Origin: Arenicellales bacterium | GTDB lineage: Bacteria; Pseudomonadota; Gammaproteobacteria; Arenicellales; JAJDZL01 | Reading direction: 5' to 3' | DNA: 64,000 nucleotides | Assembly: GCA_965220725.1 (NCBI GenBank) | Contig: OZ244840.1 | Location: 1,869,399 to 1,933,398 of the forward strand | Shown here: positions 52,183 through 61,347 of the stretch, piece by piece | Layout: each line of letters begins with the position of its first letter | How positions within the stretch are numbered: position 1 is the first letter of the stretch | Notes under the pieces: model-generated | What the model saw: only the letters and a program-made list of their open reading frames with translations | What the model was told of the DNA's origin: nothing | The model's database searches: none | Program-made: the position numbers and the translations under genes

Positions 52183-54141
52183 ATGGCAGAGTTCGAATTC
52201 GGAAATCCCGAAATCGTCGAAGAGGAAGTCGATATCCTCATCATCGGGGGCGGCATGGCCGCCTGTGGCTGTGCGTTTGAGATCATGCGCTGGGCCGAAG
52301 GCAAGGACCTGAACATCAAACTGGTGGACAAGGCGGCAATGGACCGCTCCGGTGCGGTTGCCCAGGGTCTTTCCGCAATCAACACCTATATGGGCGAGAA
52401 CGACCCATCCGATTACGTACGCTATGTCCGCGGTGACCTGATGGGCATCATCCGCGAGGACCTGGTCTACGATGTCGGTCGTCATGTGGATGATTCGGTG
52501 CACAACTTCGAAGAGTGGGGATTGCCGATCTGGAAGCAGTCCGGTGACGAGGGCAAGAAGCTGACTGAAGGCGGCAAGCCGGTCCGATCAGGGCGATGGC
52601 AGATCATGATCAACGGTGAATCCTACAAGTGGATTGTCGCTGAGGCCGCCAAGAAAGCCCTGGGTGTGGAGAACATCACCGAACGGGTCTTCATCGTCCG
52701 GCTGATTACTGACGCCAATGATCCCAACCGGGTTGCTGGTGCTGCGGGATTCAGCGTGCGTGATCACAAGGTCTACATCTACAAGTTCAAGGCTTGTCTG
52801 CTGGTGGCCGGTGGAGCGGTCAATGTGTTCCGTCCACGATCTGTTGGTGAGGGTACCGGGCGCGCCTGGTATCCAGTCTGGAATGCCGGCTCGACCTACT
52901 CCATGGCAGCAGAATGCGGTGCCCATCTGACCCTGATGGAAAACCGTTTCGTACCCGCCCGGTTCAAGGACGGCTACGGTCCGGTTGGTGCCTGGTTCCT
53001 GCTGTTCAAGGCCCAGGCGATGAATGCGTTCGGCGAGGACTATCAGGTCAAGAACGCCGATATTCTCGAAATCCATGGTTACGACAGTTACGCGAACGGT
53101 CCCAAAATGGGCACCTGCCTGCGCAACCACCTGATGATGAAGGAGATGCGCGAAGGGCGCGGCCCCATATTCATGGATACACCGACCGCGATGGCAAAAC
53201 TGGCGGAGTCAATGACACCCAAGGAAATCAAGCATCTCGAGGCCGAGGCCTGGGAGGATTTCCTGGACATGACCATCGGTCAGTGCGGTGTCTGGGCAGG
53301 TGAGAACATTGAGCCCGACAAGGAGATGTCGGAGTTGATGCCGACCGAGCCCTACCTGCTGGGTTCCCATGCCGGATGCGCCGGAATCTGGTGCTCCGGA
53401 CCGGATGACATCCCGGGCACACCGGATCACTATCACTGGGGTTACAACCGAATGACCACTGTTCAGGGTTTGTTCACCGCAGGTGATGGTGTGGGTGCCT
53501 CCGGGCACAAGTTCTCTTCGGGTTCGCATGCGGAAGGCAGAATCGCCGCCAAGTCCATGGTTCGGTTTGCACTGGACAACAAGGACTGGAAACCCGAACT
53601 GAGCCGCTCTGTTGATGATATTGTCGAGGAGATTTATCGACCGGTTAAAACGTTTCTTGAGCACAAGGACTACACGACCGCGATTGATGTGAACCCGCAC
53701 TACATCACACCGAAGATGTTTCAGTTCCGCCTGCAGAAAGTCATGGATGAGTATGTGGCCGGCGTCAGCACTTGGTATCAAACCAACAGCGCGATGCTGG
53801 AGATTGCGGAAAAGAAACTTGAAATGCTCCGCGAGGACTCACTGAAGATGAGAGCCAAGGATTTGCACGAACTGTTGCGGGCGTGGGAGAACTATCATCG
53901 GTTGATTGCGGCGTTCGCACACATGAAGCATATTCAGTTTCGCGAGGAAACCCGATATCCCGGTTACTACTATCGAATGGATTATCAGAACATTGATGAT
54001 GACAACTGGAAGTGCTTCGTCAACTCGAAATTTGATCGGGAAACGGGTGAATGGACGCTTTGGAAATCACCCTATGTCCAGCTGGTCAAATACAGCGATG
54101 AAGAGCCTGTCGGGCTGTCCCGTCAGGGTTGTCCGGTTTGA
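52183..54141 (+). CDS. aprA: adenylylsulfate reductase alpha subunit
   Basis: RSGAVAQGLSAINTY, WQIMINGESYK, RFKDGYGPVGAW, GHKFSSGS. Confidence 0.98.
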   Translation: MAEFEFGNPEIVEEEVDILIIGGGMAACGCAFEIMRWAEGKDLNIKLVDKAAMDRSGAVAQGLSAINTYMGENDPSDYVRYVRGDLMGIIREDLVYDVGRHVDDSVHNFEEWGLPIWKQSGDEGKKLTEGGKPVRSGRWQIMINGESYKWIVAEAAKKALGVENITERVFIVRLITDANDPNRVAGAAGFSVRDHKVYIYKFKACLLVAGGAVNVFRPRSVGEGTGRAWYPVWNAGSTYSMAAECGAHLTLMENRFVPARFKDGYGPVGAWFLLFKAQAMNAFGEDYQVKNADILEIHGYDSYANGPKMGTCLRNHLMMKEMREGRGPIFMDTPTAMAKLAESMTPKEIKHLEAEAWEDFLDMTIGQCGVWAGENIEPDKEMSELMPTEPYLLGSHAGCAGIWCSGPDDIPGTPDHYHWGYNRMTTVQGLFTAGDGVGASGHKFSSGSHAEGRIAAKSMVRFALDNKDWKPELSRSVDDIVEEIYRPVKTFLEHKDYTTAIDVNPHYITPKMFQFRLQKVMDEYVAGVSTWYQTNSAMLEIAEKKLEMLREDSLKMRAKDLHELLRAWENYHRLIAAFAHMKHIQFREETRYPGYYYRMDYQNIDDDNWKCFVNSKFDRETGEWTLWKSPYVQLVKYSDEEPVGLSRQGCPV

Positions 54142-54202
54142 CATCGTCTCAGTTTGCAGATGTAACCTGGGCAGGTAAAATCGATAATCACTCATTGTTA
54201 AG

Positions 54203-54556
54203 GTGGACGTCGTTCAAAGTATCTTGTTGCCATTGATCATTGGTGGAATTGCAGGTGGGATCGTTGGTTTTCTGATCGCCAAACTCCGAAGTCGGGAAAG
54301 CGAGACAAAAAATCAACTGGAGAAACTGCAATCCGAAATGGATGAGTACAAGGCGAATGTACGTTCACATTTCATTGATACCGTATCCTTGCTGAGTCAG
54401 ATCGATCAACGCCAGAAGCAACTGCATCAGGCAGTCGCTCAAGGCGTGGTCGATCTGTGCAAGTCAGAGGGTGACGACGATGATTATCTGCTTGAGCAGA
54501 GTGTGCTGTCACTTCGTCAACTGGATGATTCCGACGATCGGCATCACAACGAGTAA
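54203..54556 (+). CDS. DUF1043/ZapG(YhcB)-like membrane-anchored protein
   Basis: N-terminal TM segment, coiled coil, YKANVRSHF..T..L motif. Confidence 0.6.
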   Translation: MDVVQSILLPLIIGGIAGGIVGFLIAKLRSRESETKNQLEKLQSEMDEYKANVRSHFIDTVSLLSQIDQRQKQLHQAVAQGVVDLCKSEGDDDDYLLEQSVLSLRQLDDSDDRHHNE

Positions 54557-54607
54557 GGCACTCGCAACTCCTCGGTCGCGCTGGCCGCGCGACATGACAG
54601 AATCAGA

Positions 54608-54955
54608 TTACTCGCTTGAAACGCCTTCGGGCGGAGCGGAGTAGGCTAGCGGGAAAGGTGTAACGACGCCTTTCTCACCTACAGCGTGTATTCTTGCCGA
54701 CCCTTCCTTTTCAACCTCATCGATCCTGATCACGGAATGGATGGGAATGTAGGTTCGATTCACACCTCCGAACTGGCTTTTCAGCTGTTCCTCACCAGGG
54801 TTGACGACCAGCTTGGACTGCTCTCCGAACACAATGTCCTGCACCTCGAGAAACGCGAAAATATCGCTCTGCCCGACATGCCGGGCATACAGTTCGTACA
54901 CTTTCGACTGGTTGTGGAAAATGACGCGGTACATTTTTTTGCGTTTTGTTGCCAT
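54608..54955 (-). CDS. DUF1820 family protein
   Basis: YRVIFHNQSKVYELYA...EEQLKSQF..V.RTYIP.HSVIRIDEVEK. Confidence 0.75.
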   Translation of the reverse strand: MATKRKKMYRVIFHNQSKVYELYARHVGQSDIFAFLEVQDIVFGEQSKLVVNPGEEQLKSQFGGVNRTYIPIHSVIRIDEVEKEGSARIHAVGEKGVVTPFPLAYSAPPEGVSSE

Positions 54956-55043
54956 GAATGCAAATCGGAACTGTATATTTTTGGTCAGTGGAATCGAATT
55001 TTAGATTTTATCATCTTTGCGCTGAGTGACATAAGTTGGTTCA

Positions 55044-55445
55044 CTACCCTTGAGAATCAGGCTGCCAAATCAATTGATTCAATATGCTCACTCGGCGTCC
55101 GATTGTCAGAGACCGATGCGGGTGTTCAAAGTGGTTGCAAGGCAGGAGTTCATCAAGTTCGTGGTTCAAACATCTATCAGTTGTCTCGTCGCCGTAGAAG
55201 TTCCAGAATTCGGTTCTCAAAGTGGCGTTTGAGCGCTCCACCGCGCCGTTGTATTGCGGGAGTCTGGGTTGCAGCGTAAATTGTTCGATGCCGAGCTTCT
55301 CGCATTCGTCCTCGAATTCTGCTTTGAACTCACTGCCGCCTTCGACCTGGACGAGCGCACTGGAAACGGCATCGGGTCAATGACGTTGCGCAGCAAGCGT
55401 CTGGTGTTGAATGCGGTGGCTCGGTTGCCATAGCGGCTGGACACG
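55044..55445 (-). pseudogene. IS481-like integrase-core transposase remnant, frameshifted
   Basis: ATAFNTRRLL..MPFPVRS, then a frameshift, then VQVEGGSEFKAEF..LGI..PQYNGAVERSNATLRTEFW..PHRSL. Confidence 0.75.
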
Positions 55446-56054
55446 CCCTTGATCTGAATTGCTCCGTTTTCTGGACCGATCCATCCATCACAAAACTGCT
55501 GCATTCCTAGTTGGCAAGCGCCGAACTGAGTTATCTTAGGTATTATCAATTTGGTACCGGATTACCTTGAATTGGTGTGATCGGTTCAGCGATTGAAGAC
55601 TTTCTTTTCTTCAAACGATTGACAAGACCATTTAATTCTGGCGAGTCTGCTCGCATACAGTCTGAAAGTCCAAACAGCTCCTCATCCTGAATTTTAGAGC
55701 GCGCATTTATATTCCTCTGTTAAAACGAATAGATAGCGTTCAGTATTTCAGTAAACCTGGGGCAATTCCATTACCTCAATGTCTGCTTGCTTATATCGTT
55801 CCTGTCCGGATGTCTTTATGGGGAGATATGCTGGATTTTTGCTATCGTAGCAAATTCAATCGAAGTTGGTGTCAATTATTAATACGAACTTGACTTGAAA
55901 GCGAATAAGGCTGACTCCATGAAGGAGCAAGACAAAGTCTGCGAGGACGTTGCATCGGACAATCTGAATCGGGACGCTGCTTGAGTCATCCGATGTTGCG
56001 CACTACTTTTGGCAATATCTTGATTTCATACAAAAATTGCCTCTACTAAATTAG

Positions 56055-56423
56055 CTAGTATTCCTCGCTTTTAAAAGATTTTATATATTGTAGAATTTCT
56101 GCTTTCGGTAGTTTAATTTCAGCATCTCCAGGTGATTTGAATGCACCAATGAGAATAAAAGCCACAATGATAGTTACTGATACTATTGGTGTAATGCCTA
56201 AGAGGACAACTAGATTTCCAATTTCTTTCAAATCTACCAATAAAGAAAGTATCACTACTTCGAAAATGCCAACTGAAATTATGATTGCAACCGCGACAAT
56301 CAAAACAAACCACCTTACTCTCATATGGTGTCTGTCTAACGGATCCAGTAGTTTGATTCCCTCTCTGTCAAGAAACTCAACATCTGGGTCAGAAATGTCA
56401 GTTTTTGGATTTTGATCGTTCAA
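56055..56423 (-). CDS. 2-TM hypothetical protein, candidate toxin partner of Panacea
   Basis: Two long hydrophobic stretches; overlaps the 3' end of the Panacea gene; AT-rich. Confidence 0.65.
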   Translation of the reverse strand: MNDQNPKTDISDPDVEFLDREGIKLLDPLDRHHMRVRWFVLIVAVAIIISVGIFEVVILSLLVDLKEIGNLVVLLGITPIVSVTIIVAFILIGAFKSPGDAEIKLPKAEILQYIKSFKSEEY

Positions 56424-56883
56424 GTTTACTTTTGAAATGCTCTAAGATCAGTTCATTTGAAATCACTATGCCCAACACGTTAGGTCTATAGACTTGATCC
56501 CATGGTCCGCCAGGAATATGCGTTAGCTGCGTTAGTTGACGGTCGCTCAAATGTTCATACAATTTATATACAGTTTCCATAAACCGGCTAATTTCTTCAT
56601 TTATCAGTTGCTCTTTCAGTATGGGAACTTTCGAAAGGTTATAGACTCCATTAGGTCTGAACGCGTAATAAATAGTTGGAATCACGGGCCCATATTTCCA
56701 TGCTTGGACATAATCATTAACTAATGGCTCATCGAATATTGCCAATGTCCAACCATGCGTCATATAAGTGAGTTTCAACAGACGCATTATTGACATGGAA
56801 TCCCCATGCCGATCTGCGATGTCAATGAGGTGATTAGCGATTTGCCGGCTTTCGTACGGCAGACCTAATTCTTGAGAAGTCAT
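56398..56883 (-). CDS. Panacea (SocA/GepA, DUF4065) domain antitoxin
   Basis: LLKLTYMTHG, AWKYGPV, LTH..GGPW. Confidence 0.9.
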   Translation of the reverse strand: MTSQELGLPYESRQIANHLIDIADRHGDSMSIMRLLKLTYMTHGWTLAIFDEPLVNDYVQAWKYGPVIPTIYYAFRPNGVYNLSKVPILKEQLINEEISRFMETVYKLYEHLSDRQLTQLTHIPGGPWDQVYRPNVLGIVISNELILEHFKSKLERSKSKN

Positions 56884-57054
56884 CGTTCTTACGACTCATT
56901 AAATTCCAATTGGATTAGTCTATTGTCAGTATAGCCACTTATAACACTATTGGCCGAATCTATAGTGTGGATTTTCATTTTCCCTTATTCGGCCGGGTTC
57001 ACGCATGTCTTAGACTGTTTGCTTGTCTATATCTCCACAGATAGTATTCAGTTT

Positions 57055-57291
57055 TGGTTGAACTCGTTGCGGCCCACATGAGTTTCGCCAACCTCAAATT
57101 CACCTGTCAGTCTATCACAATCGGCGCCGCAAGCCTCTCGACTACGTTGTAGCATAAACCAAGCACTTTTCTGAATTACATCAGTCTCTTTTGAGAGTTG
57201 CATACTGTTTTATCATTACGGGAAGCCATGAGGGATTAGATTGCGTAAATCCAGTGATTCGAAAGAATTTTAGAACGTTTGAACATCGTGC
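57055..57291 (-). pseudogene. IS1595-family transposase remnant, 3' part
   Basis: TMFKRSKI..HWIYAI* then SMQLSKETDVIQKSAWFMLQRSREAC..LTGEFEVGETHVG; contains a stop, a frameshift and loss of the catalytic Asp. Confidence 0.8.
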
Positions 57292-57310
57292 TGTTGTTTT
57301 TCACTTTAAT
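57292..57310 (+). repeat. terminal inverted repeat TGTTGTTTTTCACTTTAAT
   Basis: Exact reverse complement of 61348-61366. Confidence 0.95.
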
Positions 57311-57418
57311 TCGAACGACTTATCCCGGATTAAATTGTCGCCAAGGGAGCGGTTTGTGTCGGATTGTACCGAAGAGTGTATTCAGCCGGGTCGGGCCAAT
57401 GTGGTATTTGCGGTGTCA

Positions 57419-58336
57419 TCAGCGGAAGATTTCGGGACAGGTTGACGGGTCATGGCCTCGGTCGCGGTGCATGATCGGCTGTCCGCGGCGTTGGATGAGC
57501 ATTTGGTTCCAGGTTTCAGCACTGGGTTTCATGATTCTGGCATTGGGCATGTTGCGCGACAGCCTGGAGCTTCGTGCGCTGGCGTTTCGGGTGTTGGCGA
57601 AGGCGATGACGGTGGGCATTTCCCGCTGTGATTCGAGCCATTCGGGCAGGCTGTGGTGGTGGTTGGTGGCACTGATCAGGACGGATTTGGGGAACGGATG
57701 GTACAGTTGCAGCATTGACAGGGCTTCAATGGCGTTGTCGACCAGGATGGCGGAGACCGGTGGCGGTGCGCCGGTTTGGATCCAGAAGCCACCGGCGTTG
57801 CGTTTGGAGTCTGGCGGTGTCAGTGAATGGAACAGTCGATGCGGTGCGGTGCCGAACAATTCGGCACCGATAGGGTTGCCGTTGAGGTCGGCGCGGACGA
57901 ATACGGCGCTTTGCATGATGCCGGCATAGAGCAGTTTGTGTTGGCGGCACTGGTCGATCAGCCGGCGGTGCAGGGCGCGGCGCCGGCACAGGTGATGTTC
58001 GACTGTGCTCCAGGCTTGGGGCACGGCGCTCGGCAGCACCTGTTGGCGGTATTGCGGGTCGAGATATTCCAGCGCCTCCAGGCAACCGCAGTTGTTGGCA
58101 TGCATGACGAGGGCGAGCTCACCGATGCCGCCGCGGCGCCGTGTGTAGTCGTAGAAGCGATCACCGTTGATGGAGATGACCGACTCGTCTTTTCGCAGCC
58201 GCGTCGGCTCGGCGGGATCGCGACGGTAGCCGAGTCGCCTGGCGAGTTGCCGCAGTGCGGCCGATGCGTCCTGGTGCTGTTTGCCGGTCATGGGACGCAT
58301 CGGTTTGCTGACCGGCTCAGATCTGCAGTTCCTCAT
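57419..58336 (-). CDS. DUF3991/Toprim-like (primase-related) protein, apparently non-catalytic
   Basis: RFYDY..GGIGELALVMH, LCRRRAL, AVF, GAELFGT, GGFW, ILVDNAIEALS, IAFANT, TWNQML. Start uncertain (58336, 58300 or 58291). Confidence 0.7.
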   Translation of the reverse strand: MRNCRSEPVSKPMRPMTGKQHQDASAALRQLARRLGYRRDPAEPTRLRKDESVISINGDRFYDYTRRRGGIGELALVMHANNCGCLEALEYLDPQYRQQVLPSAVPQAWSTVEHHLCRRRALHRRLIDQCRQHKLLYAGIMQSAVFVRADLNGNPIGAELFGTAPHRLFHSLTPPDSKRNAGGFWIQTGAPPPVSAILVDNAIEALSMLQLYHPFPKSVLISATNHHHSLPEWLESQREMPTVIAFANTRNASARSSRLSRNMPNARIMKPSAETWNQMLIQRRGQPIMHRDRGHDPSTCPEIFR

Positions 58337-59120
58337 AGGCCTGTTGCATGTGTCGCAGTTCGACCTGATGCTGGTTGTCCGTCGCGGCGGCGGTGAGGGC
58401 ATGGTGTGCCAGTCGGTTGACCAACCGCGGCATGCCGTTGGCGTGGCGGTGCATCAGTTCGATGGCGTTGTCCCTGAAGTAGGGGATATCGGCACCGCCG
58501 GCGACCTGCATGCGGTGTTGCACATAGGCCGCGGTCTCATTCATGGTCAGTGCGCTGAAGTGATGCTGCACCACCAGGCGCTGGCACAGCGACTCATGGG
58601 CGGCCATGGCGATACGCCGCCGCAACGGTGTCAATCCCACCAGCAACAACCGCAGGTGCTGTGTGGAGTCGAAGTCGAAACTGCTGACCAGGCGAAGTTC
58701 CTCGAGTGCGGCGTTTTGCAGGTGGTGCGCCTCATCGACGACCAGCACCGGGGTCAGTTTCTTCTCGGTCACCATGCGTTCGAGTTCCTGACGGATGATG
58801 CGCCAGACATCCGCTCGGCGGCGCACCGGCGGCAGGCCCAGTTCGGTACCGATCATGTTCAGCGTGTCGAGCACGCTGCCGGTGGTGAGTGACACGTGCA
58901 TCACCCGGTACAGTCCGTCGTGCAGGCTGTGTGCCACCGCCCGGCACACGGTCGACTTGCCGCTGCCGGCCTCACCGGTGATCATACCGATGCCGCCGAC
59001 ATCGACCAGCAGTTTGATGCGCGCCTCGGCCTCGGCCTGGGCGGCGCTTTCGAACAGTTGTGTCACCGGCACTGAGGCCTCGAACGGAAAGCCGGTCAGT
59101 GAGAAGTGTTGCAGATACAT
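58317..59120 (-). CDS. ExeA-family AAA+ ATPase (transposition helper, analogous to MuB/TnsC/IstB)
   Basis: MYLQHFSL..FPF, GEAGSGKS, VVDEAHHL, GMPRLVN; TGATG overlap with the transposase stop. Confidence 0.92.
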   Translation of the reverse strand: MYLQHFSLTGFPFEASVPVTQLFESAAQAEAEARIKLLVDVGGIGMITGEAGSGKSTVCRAVAHSLHDGLYRVMHVSLTTGSVLDTLNMIGTELGLPPVRRRADVWRIIRQELERMVTEKKLTPVLVVDEAHHLQNAALEELRLVSSFDFDSTQHLRLLLVGLTPLRRRIAMAAHESLCQRLVVQHHFSALTMNETAAYVQHRMQVAGGADIPYFRDNAIELMHRHANGMPRLVNRLAHHALTAAATDNQHQVELRHMQQAYEELQI

Positions 59121-60415
59121 CAGCGTTGCTCCCGGCGATTGGCCAGTTTGCGCAGTTCGATCGGCGGTCGCTGGCGGCGCACGCGGGCGTTGGCGTGCAG
59201 GTTCAGCGGTTGCGCCTCACCGGCCGCGGTCTGATCCCGGTAGACCAGCAACGGTGCCTGCGGCTGTGCTGTCGGATCATAGCGCAGCGTCACGCGCTGT
59301 CCGATCAGTTGCGCATCAACCTCGTAAAGATGGTTGTTGAGTTGTACCGTACGGTCGTTGCGCACCCGCCGCATTGCCTCGAACAGAAACATCTGCTCCA
59401 GATCGGTCGCGGCATCGACCAGGCGCACCTTCGAGCCGGCCTGCGCCCACTTGTCCAGCGGCGTCAGACCGTCGAGTCCGCGGTGCGGTGTGCGATGATA
59501 CTCGCCCTCGAGCCAGGCCCTGAAACGGCTGTTGAGTTCCCCGATCGAGGTGCGTGCGGTGTCGGGCAGCTGTTCGAGAAAGCGCATCCGACAGGTTCGG
59601 AAAAACCGCTCGATCTTGCCCTTGCCGGCCGGCGTGTAGGGGCGCGCATGGATCAGCACGATATCCAGCCGTGCGCACACCAGCGCCAACTGCTGTGACC
59701 GGTAGCTGGCGCCGTTGTCGACATACAGCCGGTCCGGCAGGCCGCGGCGCATCAGCGCCTGCTTGAACACCTGCTGGAAGTTCACCAGGTTCTCGGAGAA
59801 CGCAAACGCCGCATAGGGCACCACCCGGGTGGCATCATCGATGAATGCGATCAGATACGTGCGCCGCAGGCGCTGTGAGTCATCCCTGACCGTCGGGCCA
59901 TACATCACATCGCTCATCCACAACTCACCGGCGTGCTCATAGGCGAAACGGCGTCGGTCCTGCGTGACGGTGTTGTCGGCCGGGCGCATCAGTCCCTCGC
60001 GGCTCAGCAACCGATGCACGGTCGAGCGCGGCAGTTCGACCCGGTCGTCGGGTTGCTCCTTGCGCACCCGGGCGATCACATCATCCACGCTGAGGTGCAT
60101 GGCATTGCGCTTGGTCGCCAGCAGGGCCTCGATCATGTTGGTGCTCAGACGCCGCGACCGGCCGCGATCGGCGCGGCGCTTCGGGCACAACGCATCAAAT
60201 CCGCCCTGGCGGTAACTGCGCATCCACTCGCGAAGCGTCGACACCGACACCCGGGTGCGGTGACTGCCCGGTATCTGGTGTTCGCGTTCCGAACACTCGG
60301 TGAGCGCCGCTCTGAGTTGTGGCGAACCCGCCGGCATGCGCAGCAACTCAACGATGACGCCGTAACGAAACAGCGCAATCTGCTTGGCCTGTCGGTCCAA
60401 ATCCTGCTCCGACAT
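59120..60415 (-). CDS. DDE transposase/integrase with Mu-transposase-like C-terminal domain
   Basis: HTH (STLREW), WMSD, FIDDATR, YVDNG, GKIERFF, YHRTPH, VTLRYDP; RBS GGAGG before ATG 60415. Confidence 0.94.
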   Translation of the reverse strand: MSEQDLDRQAKQIALFRYGVIVELLRMPAGSPQLRAALTECSEREHQIPGSHRTRVSVSTLREWMRSYRQGGFDALCPKRRADRGRSRRLSTNMIEALLATKRNAMHLSVDDVIARVRKEQPDDRVELPRSTVHRLLSREGLMRPADNTVTQDRRRFAYEHAGELWMSDVMYGPTVRDDSQRLRRTYLIAFIDDATRVVPYAAFAFSENLVNFQQVFKQALMRRGLPDRLYVDNGASYRSQQLALVCARLDIVLIHARPYTPAGKGKIERFFRTCRMRFLEQLPDTARTSIGELNSRFRAWLEGEYHRTPHRGLDGLTPLDKWAQAGSKVRLVDAATDLEQMFLFEAMRRVRNDRTVQLNNHLYEVDAQLIGQRVTLRYDPTAQPQAPLLVYRDQTAAGEAQPLNLHANARVRRQRPPIELRKLANRREQR

Positions 60416-60442
60416 GTGATTCCTCCTTCCGCAACAACGGAA

Positions 60443-60461
60443 ATTACAGTGAAAAGCCACC
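60443..60461. promoter_or_regulatory. internal TIR-like site upstream of the transposase RBS
   Basis: ATTACAGTGAAAAGCCACC matches TIR ATTAAAGTGAAAAACAACA at 15/19 positions. Confidence 0.55.
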
Positions 60462-60462
60462 A

Positions 60463-61083
60463 TTAGAGCCGCGGCGGCGCCCGGATCGCGCTCACGCACT
60501 GTTGGTGCCCGCTGAGCGGCTGTCGTTGCAGATTGTTTCGAGCGAATCCCAGCGGCCCCGGCAACTGATCCAAGTGCCCGGCACCCAGTCCCCTGAGTGC
60601 CACCAGCAACCGATCCTGCGCCATGCGCTGACGAAACGATGACAGCGTCGGCTCACAGCCGGCCAGCTGTTGCGGATAAAGTCCGATCAACACTGTCAGA
60701 ACTGTCGTCAGACACCGTACCTGACGGCGCAGCCACTGACGCTGTACCGCCACCTCACTGCACCGCGACAGCACCGGTGGCCCTACCGATGGCCGACCCG
60801 CCTCGTAGGCCGTCACCGCCTGTTCGATGTGATCCAGCGTGCCCGGCCGACCGGCCGCAAAACAGTCCGCCAGCAGACTGAAGGTGCACTGCGCCTTGGG
60901 GCAATACCAACGCGGTATCGGTGCCTCAGTCCCCAAATCCGTATATCGTGTGTAAGTGCCGTGCCGGGTCATGCCGCAACCACCCTTCGGATGGACCGGA
61001 CAGCGAGAAAGTGTGATCGAACGCCACGCCTCTGTGTTAACATATTGCTCGGCATCGAGGCCGCACTCGTACCGTATCTGCAT
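60463..61083 (-). CDS. transposon helper protein with Cys/His-rich N-terminus (DUF6431-like)
   Basis: CPVH...C...HGTYTR...RWYCPKAQCTFSLL; first gene of the element. Confidence 0.75.
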   Translation of the reverse strand: MQIRYECGLDAEQYVNTEAWRSITLSRCPVHPKGGCGMTRHGTYTRYTDLGTEAPIPRWYCPKAQCTFSLLADCFAAGRPGTLDHIEQAVTAYEAGRPSVGPPVLSRCSEVAVQRQWLRRQVRCLTTVLTVLIGLYPQQLAGCEPTLSSFRQRMAQDRLLVALRGLGAGHLDQLPGPLGFARNNLQRQPLSGHQQCVSAIRAPPRL

Positions 61084-61347
61084 GAATTGTTGCGTGTTGC
61101 CGCCTCTGTGTCAGCCAACCGGCAGCGCGCTCGGATTCTGACCTTGGTGCAACTGCCGGATGGGTTATCGTTGTGACCCGGTGCCGACTCAATGAGCCGG
61201 CACCGGGTCCTTTCAGTCCCATGTTACCCCGACACCGACATCCGTTTCATGTGATTCTCGCAATACCATAAAAAAAACGGTCTGGTCGCACATTATCCTG
61301 ACCGACCAAACCGTTTATTGTGGGACAAATACAGTGTATTACGTCAT

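Noticed and set aside
55560-55830. Possible additional pseudogene
   Set aside because: Fragmented frames with stops and no recognisable family
58317-59120. Type II secretion ExeA/GspA
   Set aside because: No TM or peptidoglycan-binding domain; translationally coupled to a transposase inside TIRs
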